Shown here: positions 10,951 through 22,667 of the stretch, in pieces | How the letters are laid out: every line of letters starts with the position of its first letter | Numbering within the stretch: position 1 is the stretch's first letter | NCBI GenBank assembly: GCA_965219415.1 | Contig: OZ244742.1 | Location: forward strand, 1,824,001-1,888,000 | From: Candidatus Marinacidobacterales bacterium | GTDB lineage: Bacteria; Acidobacteriota; Vicinamibacteria; Marinacidobacterales; DATDRI01 | Reading direction: 5' to 3' | DNA: 64,000 nucleotides | Notes under the pieces: model-generated | Databases searched by the model: none | What the model was told of the DNA's origin: nothing | The model's input: the letters and a program-made list of their open reading frames with translations, nothing else | Translations under genes and position numbers: made by a program

Positions 10951-11253
10951 GTGATGGCGCCGCATCTTACCGACGCCAATTGCGAGGAGCTCTTGGCTCG
11001 AGCAACCCACAAGTCCAAGCGCGAGCTCCTGGTGCTGGTGGCGGAGATTGCGCCGAAACCGGACGTCTCGACCTCCATCCGGAAACTTCCGAAGCCGCGA
11101 CCGAAGCCGATAGACGAACAAGCGATAGTTTTGCAACAACGGTTCGTGAACCGAAACCGTCGTTTCCACCCTTTCCGGACAGAGTTCATGAAACGCCGCC
11201 CCCTCCGCGTTCGAACACCGGCTCGCCACCAACGAAAGTCCCAGCAATTTTGA
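10951..11253 (+). pseudogene. Internal fragment of an HNH-associated repetitive protein family
   Basis: APHLTDANCEELLARATHKSKRELLVLVAEIAPKPDV resembles the middle of multi-copy HNH-type proteins; no N-terminus or HNH domain present. Confidence 0.5.
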
Positions 11254-11266
11254 TCTCGGTCAGCGC

Positions 11267-12466
11267 TTAAGGCTCTAATTCGAGAGGGTTTTTGTCGAGC
11301 ACCACGAAATCCGCCCACTTGCCGGGTGCCAGATCACCGCGGTTCGTTGCGTCTCCGCTCGCTAAGGCCCCGCCCATGGTATAGGCGTAAAGCGCCTCGG
11401 CAACCGTAATCGCTTGCTCGGGTGCGATGGGACTCCTATCCGGATCTCCTCTCAGCACGGCCGCTCGCATGCCGAGGAAAGGGTTCTCGTTTTCCACGAC
11501 CGGAGCGTCCGAGCTCAAGGCCAAGGGCAACCCCGCGTCGAGCACATCTCTCAGGGGGTAGCAGCGAGGCATGTACGCGTTCGGAAGATAGCGGCGGAAG
11601 TTGCCACCGAGACTGTGGAGAAACACGGGTTGCGCCGCGACATGCACGCCAAGGTGGGCGGCTCTTTTCAGTTGCTCCGCGTCCGGCAAGGCAAAGTGCT
11701 CGAACCTCCTGCGCCTTCGTGGCCGCTTCTCGGCCAGCCTCTCGTAAACTGCCAGGACGCGGTCGATGGCGGCATCGCCAATGACGTGGGTTCCGACATG
11801 AAGGCGGTGCGCCTCGGCTCTGCTCGCCACCTCGTAGAGCTCGTTTTCCTCCATACGCAAGACGCCTTTTGTCGGCGCGTGGCGATAGCGCTCGCGAAGT
11901 GCTCCGGTGGCACCCGAGAGTCCCCCATCCGCAAAGAATTTCACGGAGTCGAAACGAAGATAGTCGGATTCGTAAACATCGGGAAGAGCGCTCGCTGATT
12001 CCGTGCTCTCGTGGAGCAGCATCACGTTGAAGCGCGATCGCAACATCCCCTCGTCCGCCATCTTCCGATACGCCTCGAGGAGAGCGGGACGAACTCCCGG
12101 ATCGGTGGCGCTGGTGATTCCAAATTGATGCTGGCGACGGCTCGCCGCATCGATCATGTTGCGGTAGTCGCTTTCCTTTGGATCGGGAATCGCTTCGTTG
12201 AGCAGGTCGATGGCGTTTTCTTGAACCAGTCCCGTTGGTTCGCCGGTTTCATCTCTCACGATCACGCCACCAGGTGGGGCGACCGTGTCCGCCGCGATCC
12301 CCGCTGCCTCGAGGGCAGCGCTATTGGCAACACCCATGTGACCACAGGTTCTCGTCAAGTAGACCTTGCGCCCGGAGGCAGCTTCATCCAGATCGCTGCG
12401 GGTGGGGTGCCGGCGCTCGGTCATGCGCTCTTCGTTGTATCCTCTTCCCAGAAGCCAAGCATGGCG
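11267..12466 (-). pseudogene. Amidohydrolase_3 (YtcJ-like) protein, truncated at both ends
   Basis: GHMGVANSAAL, KFFADG, HVIGD, RFEH, SSDAPV, GKWADFVVLD; N-terminal HxH region absent and terminal strands missing. Confidence 0.75.
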
Positions 12467-13866
12467 GATCTTGTAGTCTAAGTGAACGTGTTTGGTATCG
12501 CGGAACCCTTCGAGTCCCTCGATACCGAGCTCGCGCCCCATCCCCGAGAGGCGCATGCCTCCAAACGGCCCGGCATCGTTGTCGGTCAGGGGGTCGTTGA
12601 TCCAAAACGTACCGGCGCGGATGTTAGCGGCGGCAGTCATGGCGTATTCGAGGTTATTGGTATAGATGCTGGCACCTTAGCCCATATTTGGAATCGTTGG
12701 CGAGCGTGGTCGCTTCGTCGATGTCTTTCACGATCATGATGGGTGCAATCGGTCCGAACGTTTCTTCGTTCATGAGCTTCATCGAGTGATTCACACCGGT
12801 GAGGACGGTCGGCTCGAAGAAGTAACCCTTGGAAAGGCCTCCGGGTCTCTTTCCTCCCGCTACCAGCTCGGCCCCTTCCTTGCGCGCCGCCTCCAGCTTC
12901 CGTTCCACTTTGTCCCGTTGCGCGGCACTGACCATGGGCCCGAGGTCTACATCCGGCCCCATGGGATTGCCGACTCGTAGAGCCTTGGCAACAGCGACGA
13001 ACTGATCCAAGAAGCGATCCGCGACTTTCTCGAACACATAGAACCGCTCCGCTGAGGTTGCAGACTTGCCCCATGTTGAGGAAGGCCGCAAACGCAGCGC
13101 CCTGGGCCGCCACGTCGACGTCCACATCGTCGCAAACGATGAAAGGATCGTTGCCCCCCAGTTCGAGGTGCAATTTCTTGAGCTGGTCGGCAGCCGCCCG
13201 CGCGATCGCCCGCCCGATCTCGACGCTGCCGGTAAAAACCACCACGTCCACCCGGGGATGGGTCACCAGCGCTTCACCGGTCTCACCGTGCCCGGTGATG
13301 ACGTTGACCGTACCCGGCGGTAGACCATCGAAGACTTTGTCGAGCATCAACGTGGAAAGCGGCGTGTACTCGGACGGCTTGACGACGACCGTATTTCCGG
13401 CGGCCAGTGCCGGGGCCAGCTTCCAGCAAAGAAGAAGCAGCGGGTAGTTCCAGGGAACGATCGCCGCCACTACGCCGTAGGGCTCCTTGACCACGAAGTT
13501 GAATTGGTGCTCCCTGACCGGCGCGATGACGCGACCGCGGTCGTTGCGCCCGATCTCCGCGTAATAGTCGAAACAGGCAGCGCACCAGTCCACCTCGTCG
13601 ATGTTTTCGAGTAGGGGTTTCCCACCCTCCTCGGTCATGGTGTGCGCGATGGTGCCTTTGTTCTTCCGAAGCCGGTTGGCAACGTCGTGAAGGAGATCGG
13701 CCTTCTCTGAGCCGGGAACTTTCCACCACTCTTGGAACGCGTGAGCCGCGGCTTCGACGGCGCGGGGAGCAGTGTCCAGGATCTCCTCGGTCGCCGGGTT
13801 CTCGACCTCGAAAGACTCTCCGCTATCCGCTTCGATCAGCTCCCCACCGATCCATAGTTTCTTCAT
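12467..13866 (-). pseudogene. Aldehyde dehydrogenase with two +1 frameshifts and a 3' junction
   Basis: PWNYP, FTGS, ELGG, GQVC, EETFGP, PFGG spread over three frames; extra A near 13058 and 12677. Confidence 0.85.
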
Positions 13867-13876
13867 CGCCTAAAAC

Positions 13877-14926
13877 TCACGGAGAAGGGTGCTCAATCTG
13901 CTTACGGATGAGGCTTGGCTCTTTGGGTCGAGCTAGCCGATCACTATCGAGAGTAACGGATTCTGAATGCCCACAAAGTGGGAACGAGCCGTTATAGTTC
14001 TGGCGCTTCTCGCCGTCGCGGCCAAGGTCTTCGTGGCGGCGGGCTTGCCGGGGTAGACCACCGAGCCGGTACCGACCGAAGCGCTCGTAGTATCGCTCGA
14101 TCGACTTGTCGGGGACGCGCCGACCACGCCGGTGTCGCTCGGCGAACATTTTGCGACACGCCGTGTCGAGCGCTAGACGATCGTAGGAACCCAGTAGCAA
14201 CCCCAACCCCGCGGCAGCGTATGGACCGACACCGGGCAACATGCGCAGGCGTCGATGGAGCTCCTCGCCATCGAGCGGCTCGGTCCGCAACGACTCTAGA
14301 TCGACTTTCCCAGACGCGACGCTCTTCGCGATCTGGTGGAGGTAAGCGGAACGGTAGCCGGCGCGTATTTTGCGATCGAAGGAGGCCGGGCCGTCGGCGG
14401 CGATCGCTTCTGGCGTTGGAAAACTTTGGCCGGCGACGGAATCGGAGACTCCATAGTTTTCCACCAAGCGTTTTGCCATCGCGGTGGTCTGACTCCAGGT
14501 GCAGTTCGTCGTGCAGATCATCTTGACGACGTCTTCGAACACCGTCGGCGCCCGCATCATCCTCCCCGCACCCTTCCGCCTGGCCCAACGTAGAGCCGGC
14601 TGAGCGGAGAGTGCACGGTAGAACGGCGATAGATCCTCGTCGAAACGGAGAACGTTCGCGATTTGCCTTCGGGCATCGGCCAGCGCCTTGGAATCGAGCT
14701 TGGTCGACGACTCCAACCTGGCTACCAGCGTTCCGCGATTACGCGGCCGAGCGAGCGACACACGGGTCAGCCGACGCCCCGGAAGCTCGAGGACGCCGTT
14801 GAGCTTCTGTTGGTCTTCGTCGACCGAGAACGGTGCAAGGATGCACCAACCGTGACTGCACACGGTGTTCCAAAAGTGGAAGTTCGGTGGTGGCGTGCTG
14901 AAACTAAGCCGGCCCACGCGCCCCAT
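13877..14926 (-). CDS. HhH-GPD base-excision DNA glycosylase (AlkA/OGG1-like); C-terminus probably aberrant
   Basis: FEDVVKMICTTN, FPTPE, GYR, LPGVGPYAA helix-hairpin-helix. Confidence 0.8.
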   Translation of the reverse strand: MGRVGRLSFSTPPPNFHFWNTVCSHGWCILAPFSVDEDQQKLNGVLELPGRRLTRVSLARPRNRGTLVARLESSTKLDSKALADARRQIANVLRFDEDLSPFYRALSAQPALRWARRKGAGRMMRAPTVFEDVVKMICTTNCTWSQTTAMAKRLVENYGVSDSVAGQSFPTPEAIAADGPASFDRKIRAGYRSAYLHQIAKSVASGKVDLESLRTEPLDGEELHRRLRMLPGVGPYAAAGLGLLLGSYDRLALDTACRKMFAERHRRGRRVPDKSIERYYERFGRYRLGGLPRQARRHEDLGRDGEKRQNYNGSFPLCGHSESVTLDSDRLARPKEPSLIRKQIEHPSP

Positions 14927-15015
14927 GGTTGTTTATGCTAGCATCAACAAGACATCCCTGGAGTAGAAAAGGGACATCCCCGGCGCAGAAGAGGATATCC
15001 AAGGAGGAGAAAAAC

Positions 15016-16500
15016 GTGGCCCGTCTCGCGATTTCGGGCATTCTCGCCCTAAGCTTTTGCTCCTTACCTGTCGTCGCCGGAGAGCTGCAAGAAGATCTGC
15101 GAGCGCGACGCGCGCGGGTCATGGAACAGCTAGGTCCGCACTCGATGCTCATACTCTGGAGCGCTGACATCAAGAATTACTCCAACGATGTCGAGTACGA
15201 GTTCCGCCAGGACAGCGACCTCTACTACCTGACCGCCATGGAGCAAGACGAGACCATACTCGTGCTCATGCCCGGCAACGAGACGCGAAAGGAGATCCTT
15301 TTCATCAAGGAGAAGGACCCGGTGAGAGAACATTGGGAAGGTCACATCATGAGCCAGAACGATGCGACCGTGCACACCGGCATCGAGAGCGTGTACTTGG
15401 TGGATCGCTTCGATTCCTTCGTGAGCACCATGCTAACGGGTCGGCCATTCGATGTTCCGCGGTATCGTGCCTCCACGGAGTACAGTGCCTTCTTCGAAGC
15501 CCTCGCGGATAACCGCGCCCGGATGGCACTCGTCCTCACGCAGCTACCCGAGCTCGAAGGTGAACTGTCGTATCCCCTGCGGTTCGCTCGGCAGATCCGA
15601 GAACGCTATTTCGGTCTCGAAGTTCAAAACGCCGCCGACATCATCCACAAGCTGCGACAGATCAAAACGCCGTACGAGGCGGGACTGCTGCGGCAAAGCG
15701 GTTTGGTCGCGAGCAAGGGACACTTGGCCGGCATGCGCGCCGCTCGCTCGGCACAGTACGAGTACGAGATCGAGGCGGCGATGGAAGCCACCTACATGCG
15801 CTTGGGAGCCCACGGATCGAGTTATCCGGCGATCGTCGCGAGCGGACCGAATGCGACCATCCTCCACTACTCGACATCGCGCCGCAAGATAGAACCGGAG
15901 GATCTACTCCTCGTGGACTCCGCGGCGAACTACCAGTACCAAACGGTAGACATCACTCGCACCTATCCGGTGAGCGGAACGTTCAACCCGTTGCAAAAAG
16001 ACATTTACCGTATCGTTCTCGCCGCGCAGGATGCGGGTATCGAAGCGGCGGTGGCGGGGAGCACGCTCAACGACGTCCACCTAGCCACCGTCGAAGTCGT
16101 GAAGCAAGGCTTGTTGAATCTCGGCCTCATTACCGACACCAGCGGAGACCAATATCGAACCTGGTACACTCACGGCGCCTGCCACTGGATCGGCATGGAC
16201 GTGCACGATGTCGGCGAGCGAGACCGGTCGCTCGAGCCGGGCATGGCCTTCGTCATCGAGCCCGGCATCTATATCCGGGAAGGCGCGCTGGTTCACCTTG
16301 CGGACGACTCCGACAACGCCACCTTCGTCGAGAAAGTCCGGCCCACCTACGAAAAGTACAAGAACATCGGCGTGCGTATCGAGGACTCTTTCCTTCTCAC
16401 CGAATCGGGTCTCGAGCGCCTGTCCGGAACGGTTCCCCGCACCATCGACGCTATCGAGCGATACATGAGCTCAGGCTCGACGACCAGTGGATCGCAGTAA
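15016..16500 (+). CDS. pepP: Xaa-Pro aminopeptidase (M24B), signal-peptide bearing
   Basis: FRQDSDLYYLT, DITRT, HWIGMDVHD, IEPGIY, GVRIED; GTG after AGGAGG. Confidence 0.88.
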   Translation: MARLAISGILALSFCSLPVVAGELQEDLRARRARVMEQLGPHSMLILWSADIKNYSNDVEYEFRQDSDLYYLTAMEQDETILVLMPGNETRKEILFIKEKDPVREHWEGHIMSQNDATVHTGIESVYLVDRFDSFVSTMLTGRPFDVPRYRASTEYSAFFEALADNRARMALVLTQLPELEGELSYPLRFARQIRERYFGLEVQNAADIIHKLRQIKTPYEAGLLRQSGLVASKGHLAGMRAARSAQYEYEIEAAMEATYMRLGAHGSSYPAIVASGPNATILHYSTSRRKIEPEDLLLVDSAANYQYQTVDITRTYPVSGTFNPLQKDIYRIVLAAQDAGIEAAVAGSTLNDVHLATVEVVKQGLLNLGLITDTSGDQYRTWYTHGACHWIGMDVHDVGERDRSLEPGMAFVIEPGIYIREGALVHLADDSDNATFVEKVRPTYEKYKNIGVRIEDSFLLTESGLERLSGTVPRTIDAIERYMSSGSTTSGSQ

Positions 16501-16972
16501 GACCTCTCCAGGAGCCCTCTCTCTTCACGTCGTGCTCCTCGAGCCGGAGATTCACTGGAATACCGGAAACGCCGGACGGAGCTGTCTCGCACATGGCGCC
16601 AAACTCCACTTGATCGAACCGCTTGGTTTCTCATTGGGCGAAAAAGAAGTCCGGAGGGCGGGGCTAGACTATTGGCCTCGCGTCAAACCGCAACTGTGGC
16701 AGAACTGGGCATCGTTCGAGTCGCAACTCACCGAACTTGGAGAACCCTATTTCGTCACCCCAGACGCGCCACGGCGAATCCAAGATGTGCGCTTCCCTCG
16801 AAAGACGGTCTTGGTATTCGGCCGAGAAAGCAGTGGTCTGCCCACTGCGATGCGCGAGACCTACCGCAACCGATTGATCTCTATCCCGATGCTCGATCCG
16901 GAGATCCGGTCCTTGAATGTGTCCACCTGCGTGGGCATCGCGCTCTACGAGGTTCTGCGGCAAAAAACATAG
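16487..16972 (+). CDS. trmL: tRNA (cytidine/uridine-34 2'-O)-methyltransferase
   Basis: PEIHWNTGN, LHLIEPLGF, RRAGLDYW, FGRESSGL, RSLNVS. Confidence 0.92.
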   Translation: MDRSKTSPGALSLHVVLLEPEIHWNTGNAGRSCLAHGAKLHLIEPLGFSLGEKEVRRAGLDYWPRVKPQLWQNWASFESQLTELGEPYFVTPDAPRRIQDVRFPRKTVLVFGRESSGLPTAMRETYRNRLISIPMLDPEIRSLNVSTCVGIALYEVLRQKT

Positions 16973-17039
16973 TGCTTCGAGGGCTTGAGGCCCAACGAGG
17001 TTTGTTGGACTTCGAAGTGGTGTGCTAGCATCGATTTTC

Positions 17040-18629
17040 GTGTCGAAAAACTCGAGTACGCCTCGGCAAACTAGCTCTGGCATTCCCGTCGCCAGCGTCT
17101 ACACGTCCGAGAGTCTGCGCGGATGGGACGCCGAGCGGCAGCTCGGCCTTCCCGGTGCACCACCCTTCACCCGCGGTAACCATCCGGGAGGATACCGCAG
17201 CCGGCCTTGGACGATGCGCCAATATGCAGGCTATGCGACGGCCGAGGAGTCGAATCGGCGCTACCGCTATCTCCTCGAGCAAGGACAGAGCGGGCTATCG
17301 GTCGCCTTCGATTTGCCGACTCAGTTTGGCTACGACTCGGATCACTCCCTGGCACGAGGGGAGGTAGGACGCGTTGGAGTCGCCATCGACTCTCTCGAGG
17401 ACATGGAGATCCTCTTCGAAGGCATCCCTCTCCATCGGGTCTCGACGTCAATGACCATCAACGCGACGGCCGCGATACTCCTCGCGCTCTACATAGCGGT
17501 GGGCCGCAAACAAAACGTGCCGGAGGAGAAGTTATCCGGGACGGTGCAGAACGACATTCTCAAGGAGTACACAGCCCGGGGAACGTATATCTACCCCCCC
17601 GCGGCTTCCATGAGGATCACGACCGACATCATTGCTTTTTGCGGCCAATCGGTTCCACGTTTCAACCCCATCAGCATCAGCGGTTACCACATTCGGGAAG
17701 CGGGCTCGACCGCGGCTCAGGAATTGGCGTTCACATTGGCCAACGGCATCGAATACGTCCAGGCGGCGGTCGCCGCAGGCCTGGACGTGGACGACTTCGG
17801 CCAGCGACTGTCTTTCTTCTTCAACTCGCATCGGAACTTCCTGGAAGAGATCGCAAAGTATCGGGCGGCTCGCCGAATCTGGGGAAAAATCCTCCGCGAG
17901 CGCTTCGGTTCCAAGAATCCTCGTGCCCAAATGCTGCGCTTCCATACCCAAACCGCAGGCTCCACCCTCACCGCCCAGCAGCCTCACGTCAACGTCGTAC
18001 GCACCACGTTGCAGGCGCTGGCCGCCGTGCTCGGGGGCACCCAATCGCTTCACTGCAATGCGCTCGACGAAGCTTTGGGGCTACCAACCGAAGAAACGGC
18101 AGAGCTCGCACTCCGAACGCAGCAAGTGCTGGCGCACGAAAGCGGTGTTTCCGATACAGTGGATCCTCTCGGAGGCTCCTACGCCGTCGAGTCATTGACC
18201 GATGCCGTCCAAGAAAAAACCGAGGCGCTGTTATCCGAGATCGACGAGCGTGGGGGGGCACTCGAGGCCATCGAGGCCGGCTGGGTCCAGACGCAGATCC
18301 GTGACGCCGCCTACCGCTTTCAAAAGGACCTCGACTCCGGAGAGGCTACTGTGGTGGGAGTGAATGCCTTCACAAAAGGTGAGAAGCTACCCATCGACGT
18401 GTTCACGATCGATGCCGAGGTGGAAAAGCATCAAGGAGAGCGACTAGCTGCCTTGAGGTCTCGCCGCGACGCGAAGGTCGCCGCGAGTGCTCTCGATCGG
18501 ATAGAAAGAGCGGCGCGTTCCGACGAAAACCTGATGCCGCCGATCCTCGATGCGGTGGAAGCGTACGGGACGCTCGGTGAAATCTCGGATCGACTGCGAA
18601 GGGTCTTTGGAGAGTACCGAAGCAACTAG
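17040..18629 (+). CDS. Methylmalonyl-CoA mutase, substrate-binding (large) subunit without B12 domain
   Basis: [42 protein letters not shown]; Tyr and Arg specificity residues of MCM. Confidence 0.9.
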   Translation: MSKNSSTPRQTSSGIPVASVYTSESLRGWDAERQLGLPGAPPFTRGNHPGGYRSRPWTMRQYAGYATAEESNRRYRYLLEQGQSGLSVAFDLPTQFGYDSDHSLARGEVGRVGVAIDSLEDMEILFEGIPLHRVSTSMTINATAAILLALYIAVGRKQNVPEEKLSGTVQNDILKEYTARGTYIYPPAASMRITTDIIAFCGQSVPRFNPISISGYHIREAGSTAAQELAFTLANGIEYVQAAVAAGLDVDDFGQRLSFFFNSHRNFLEEIAKYRAARRIWGKILRERFGSKNPRAQMLRFHTQTAGSTLTAQQPHVNVVRTTLQALAAVLGGTQSLHCNALDEALGLPTEETAELALRTQQVLAHESGVSDTVDPLGGSYAVESLTDAVQEKTEALLSEIDERGGALEAIEAGWVQTQIRDAAYRFQKDLDSGEATVVGVNAFTKGEKLPIDVFTIDAEVEKHQGERLAALRSRRDAKVAASALDRIERAARSDENLMPPILDAVEAYGTLGEISDRLRRVFGEYRSN

Positions 18630-18704
18630 GGTGCCAAAGAAATTGACTGCATCCTGCGCGAAGAACCGTCAGCCGTCCCGCGGCCGCTTGCCGGCGAAGG
18701 GACT

Positions 18705-18730
18705 AGCCGTGGGGGTGGGGCCCCGCGGCT
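18705..18730. repeat. Intergenic GC-rich palindrome (REP-like hairpin)
   Basis: AGCCGTGGGG-6nt-CCCCGCGGCT, 10-bp stem with one G-T pair. Confidence 0.45.
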
Positions 18731-18750
18731 CTGATCATTGAGACATTAAA

Positions 18751-19299
18751 ATGCTGTGCGCGATTTGCCGGGGAGACCACCCCGAAACCGATTCTCGGGC
18801 GCTTTCGATCCTCGCCTCGACACCACGCCGCTTGGAGAAGCTTCTGTCTTCGGTCGGACCTCGGGATGCGGTGGCCCGCCCGATGCGCGGAAAATGGTCG
18901 ATCAAAGAAATCGTCTCCCATTTGACCGACACCGAGCTCGTCTATGGATATCGCTACCGCAGGACGATTGCCGAACCCGGCGCGCGTCTCGGTGAGTTCG
19001 ATCAAGAGAGCTGGGCGAAGGAGCTTCTTTATCGAAGACAGCCACTCGACACGATGGAAGAAACTTTTGGCGCCTTGAGAAAGCAGAACCTCATTCTGCT
19101 GAAGCTGGTTCCCAAGGGTGTCTGGTCGCAACACGCCTCGCACCCCGAGTACGGGACTGTCAGCTTGCGGGAGATGGTTACGCATATGGCGACCCACGAC
19201 CGCACTCGTCTTGCTCAGATCGAGCGCCTCGCCGCAGTGGTCGGCAAACGCTCGAAGAGAAAGACAGCAAAGAAACGCCCCTCCCGCAAGGCGAAATGA
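18751..19299 (+). CDS. DinB family protein
   Basis: GKWSIKEIVSHL, HPEYG, HMATHD. Confidence 0.85.
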   Translation: MLCAICRGDHPETDSRALSILASTPRRLEKLLSSVGPRDAVARPMRGKWSIKEIVSHLTDTELVYGYRYRRTIAEPGARLGEFDQESWAKELLYRRQPLDTMEETFGALRKQNLILLKLVPKGVWSQHASHPEYGTVSLREMVTHMATHDRTRLAQIERLAAVVGKRSKRKTAKKRPSRKAK

Positions 19300-20315
19300 A
19301 CGAGACGCTCCTCGAAGTCCGTGACCTCTCGGTACAATTCGACACCGCGACCGGTCCGATTCGTCCGGTGGATGCCGTGCACTTGAACATCGCACGGCGT
19401 GAAACGGTCGGTTTGGTTGGAGAGTCCGGCTGCGGCAAGTCCACGTTGGCGTACGCCCTTCTCCGACTCGTTCCGCCACCGGGAAGCATCGTGGGGGGCG
19501 AGATCCTCTGGAAGGGCAATGATCTCCTGAGGCTCCCCGACAAGGAGATTCGGCGGGTGCGCGGAAGAGAGATCGCACTCATCTTCCAGGAGCCTTCCGC
19601 GGCGTTGAACCCAGTCCTCACCGTGGGCGATCAAGTCGCGGAGCCTCTTCGCGTACACCAAGACATGAGTCGGCGAGATGCCTTGGCGAAGGCGGTCGAG
19701 CTCTTCCGCGCGGTGCGCATCCCCGACGCAGAGACACGGGTCGACGACTACCCCCACCAAATGAGCGGTGGGATGAAGCAAAGGGTCTTGATCGCCATGG
19801 CCATCGCCTGTGCTCCCGATCTTCTGGTGGCAGATGAACCGACCACCGCGCTCGACGTCACCATCCAGGCGCAAATCCTGGAACTTCTCGAGCAACTGAA
19901 GGAACAGTTCCAACTCGCCATCCTGTTGGTGAGCCACGATCTGGGAGTGGTCGCGCAAAACGCCGACCGTGTCGCGGTCATGTATGCCGGGCGAATCGTC
20001 GAAGAGGCCCCGGTCGATTCGCTTTTCAAGGATCCGAAGCATCCGTACACCTCCGGACTGCTTCGCTCTTTGCCCCGCAGCGGGACATCGAGGATTGGCA
20101 CCGGGGGCACGGGACGCGTGAGAGAGAGGTTAGAAGCCATCCAGGGCACGGTTCCCGATCTCGCCGAGCTCCCCCCCGGCTGCGCCTTCGCACCTCGTTG
20201 CCCGCTCGAGTTCGATCTGTGTGGCAGCGCAGTACCGCCTCTGACGAAGATCGAATCGGAACACCTCGCCGCCTGCTACAAACACCAAGAAGTCGTAAAC
20301 GCGCGGAGCTCGTGA
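19296..20315 (+). CDS. oppD: Oligopeptide/dipeptide ABC transporter ATP-binding protein
   Basis: [33 protein letters not shown]-terminal Cys cluster. Confidence 0.9.
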   Translation: MNETLLEVRDLSVQFDTATGPIRPVDAVHLNIARRETVGLVGESGCGKSTLAYALLRLVPPPGSIVGGEILWKGNDLLRLPDKEIRRVRGREIALIFQEPSAALNPVLTVGDQVAEPLRVHQDMSRRDALAKAVELFRAVRIPDAETRVDDYPHQMSGGMKQRVLIAMAIACAPDLLVADEPTTALDVTIQAQILELLEQLKEQFQLAILLVSHDLGVVAQNADRVAVMYAGRIVEEAPVDSLFKDPKHPYTSGLLRSLPRSGTSRIGTGGTGRVRERLEAIQGTVPDLAELPPGCAFAPRCPLEFDLCGSAVPPLTKIESEHLAACYKHQEVVNARSS

Positions 20316-20319
20316 AGGA

Positions 20320-21321
20320 ATGTCGATAGATCCCCCGGTTCTCGAGGTACGAAAGCTCGTAAAGCATTTCCCTGTCCGGCGCGGTGTGTTCCGACGTACG
20401 GTGGCACAGGTTCACGCGGTTGACGATGTGAGTTTCGACATCCGTCAGGGCGAGACACTCTCCCTCGTCGGCGAGTCTGGTTCCGGAAAGACCACCACCG
20501 GCAGGTGCGTGCTGAGGCTGGTCGAGCCCACTTCCGGCGAAGTCCGGTTCGAGGGTCAGGACGTTCTCGGCTTGGACCAACGCTCGCTGCGCAAGTTACG
20601 GCGTAAGACCCAAGTCATTTTCCAAGACCCCTACAGCTCTTTGAACCCTCGCATGAAGGTCGGCTCGATCGTATCCGAGCCCTTGATCATTCACCGCGTC
20701 GGAACACGACGAGAACGGGCGGAGCGGACCGCGGAGCTCTTGACCATGGTGGGCCTCGATCCTCAAGTGGGCTCTCGCTATCCACATGAGTTCAGTGGTG
20801 GACAACGACAACGGATCGGGATCGCACGCGCCTTGGCGCTTAATCCACGCTTTATCGTGGCGGACGAGCCTGTCAGCTCTCTAGACGTATCTATTCAAGC
20901 GCAGATCTTGAACCTCTTGGTCGATCTCCAGGAAAAGCTCAATCTGTCGTATCTCTTCATCGCGCACGATCTGCGAATCGTCGAGCACATCAGCGACCGC
21001 GTGGCGGTCATGTATTTGGGGAAGCTCGTCGAGTTGGCACCAACGGCGGAACTTTATCGGAGCCCACAACACCCGTACACCCAGGCGCTCTTAGCTTCCG
21101 TCCCCGAGCCCGATCCCGAGAAAGCCAAAACGGTCCCCCTCGTGAATGGTGACCCACCGACGCCGCTCGATCCACCCTCCGGATGCCGGTTTCACCCCCG
21201 TTGCCCGGTGGCGGTGGACCGCTGCCAAAGCGAGGAGCCGCCCCTATTAGACGTCGGAGGTGGTCACCTAACGGCCTGCCACTTGGTTCCCGCAGCTGGT
21301 ACTATTAAGAGAGACCCCTGA
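20320..21321 (+). CDS. oppF: Oligopeptide/dipeptide ABC transporter ATP-binding protein
   Basis: [40 protein letters not shown]. Confidence 0.9.
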   Translation: MSIDPPVLEVRKLVKHFPVRRGVFRRTVAQVHAVDDVSFDIRQGETLSLVGESGSGKTTTGRCVLRLVEPTSGEVRFEGQDVLGLDQRSLRKLRRKTQVIFQDPYSSLNPRMKVGSIVSEPLIIHRVGTRRERAERTAELLTMVGLDPQVGSRYPHEFSGGQRQRIGIARALALNPRFIVADEPVSSLDVSIQAQILNLLVDLQEKLNLSYLFIAHDLRIVEHISDRVAVMYLGKLVELAPTAELYRSPQHPYTQALLASVPEPDPEKAKTVPLVNGDPPTPLDPPSGCRFHPRCPVAVDRCQSEEPPLLDVGGGHLTACHLVPAAGTIKRDP

Positions 21322-21336
21322 CACGGAGAAAATATA

Positions 21337-22155
21337 TTGTGGCCCAACGAGGCTCTCTCGAACGCGGTCATCCGATTTCTGACCCGAGAAGTCCACAACT
21401 ATCAGCGTCGCATCCCCAATAACCTCGAAAAACTGAAGAAGCACATTCGACCGGGCGATGTCTCGCTGGTCGAGGGCAAGTCGCGCATCTCCCAGATCAT
21501 CAAGTACCTGACCCAGAGCTCATGGTCCCATTCTGCCATTTACGTCGGCGACCACATCGAGATTAGGGGACACCCCATGGCCCAGCAGTACCGGGATCAA
21601 TATGGGGAGGAGTCGCGGCACCTGCTGCTCGAAGCTGAGTTGTCGTCGGGCGTGACGGCGGTGCCACTTACCAAGTACCTCGATTATAACTTGAGGCTAT
21701 GCCGTCCTTACTCTTTGTCGATCGATGATCTCGAGAAAGTGCTCGGTGAGGTCATTGCCCATCTCGGCGATACCTACGACCGCAAGGGGCTCCTCGATCT
21801 GGGGCGCTACCTAACTCCGTTTTCTCTCATTCCGGCACGCTGGCGCAAAAAGGCTTTCTTCCACGGCGCCAGTACCTCACGAGCCGTCATCTGTTCAGGC
21901 CTGATAGCTCGAGCGTTTTCGAACGTCCACTACCCAGTTCTCCCCCTCCCATCGAAGAATCCACGGGAGGAAGAGGAAAAGGGCCTCTTTCCGTTCGGCA
22001 AGAAATTCCGGGGCTTTCCTCCTTCCTTCACACTGCCGCGCGACTTCGATCTATCACCGTACTTTCAGATCGTGAAATTCAACCTGGTGCGAGAAGGCCC
22101 GATCGATTATCGGGCTCTGGAATGGGAAGGTGTGTTAAACTCTGGCGATCCCTGA
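21337..22155 (+). CDS. Permuted papain-like amidase, YiiX/YebB (NlpC/P60) family
   Basis: RPGD, WSHSAIYVG (His) preceding ICSGLIA (Cys), PRDFD. Confidence 0.8.
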   Translation: MWPNEALSNAVIRFLTREVHNYQRRIPNNLEKLKKHIRPGDVSLVEGKSRISQIIKYLTQSSWSHSAIYVGDHIEIRGHPMAQQYRDQYGEESRHLLLEAELSSGVTAVPLTKYLDYNLRLCRPYSLSIDDLEKVLGEVIAHLGDTYDRKGLLDLGRYLTPFSLIPARWRKKAFFHGASTSRAVICSGLIARAFSNVHYPVLPLPSKNPREEEEKGLFPFGKKFRGFPPSFTLPRDFDLSPYFQIVKFNLVREGPIDYRALEWEGVLNSGDP

Positions 22156-22164
22156 AGAGTTTTG

Positions 22165-22667
22165 ATGACGCGACTCGTCGTCTTCGATCTTGATGAAACG
22201 CTTTGGAGCTTGCCGGGCGGATACTGCGCGCAGATGACGCCTCCTTTTCGTCGCGACGGCGATCGAGTGCGCGATGCGTCAGGCTACCAACTCACCTTGC
22301 GACCCGATGCTCGGTCTACGCTCGAGTCTCTAGAAAACAAAGGCTCCTCATTTCAGTTGCCAGCCGATCCACACCCGAGACCGCCGGCGAGATACTGAAA
22401 TTGCTGGGCTTGCTCGAGCGTTTCAGGTGTCCGTGCTTCGCCTGGCAAGACAAAGACCTTTCCCTGGATCGCGTCCTGACCGACCTCCGAGAAAAGGAAG
22501 GAATCCGCGTCGAACCTCCGGAGGTCCTGTTCGTGGACGACTGGCCATCTAATATTCGCGACGCTGCGAAGCTCGGAATCCCCGGTCTGGTGTTCGGCCA
22601 AGACATTCACTCTCTTTCGGAAGTTCTCAATCACCTCAACGGTTCAGGAGACAAGAATGCAGTTTGA
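22165..22667 (+). pseudogene. Magnesium-dependent phosphatase-1 (HAD) with a -1 frameshift near 22343
   Basis: FDLDETLW in the first frame; SVASRS and LFVDD in the second frame. Confidence 0.75.
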
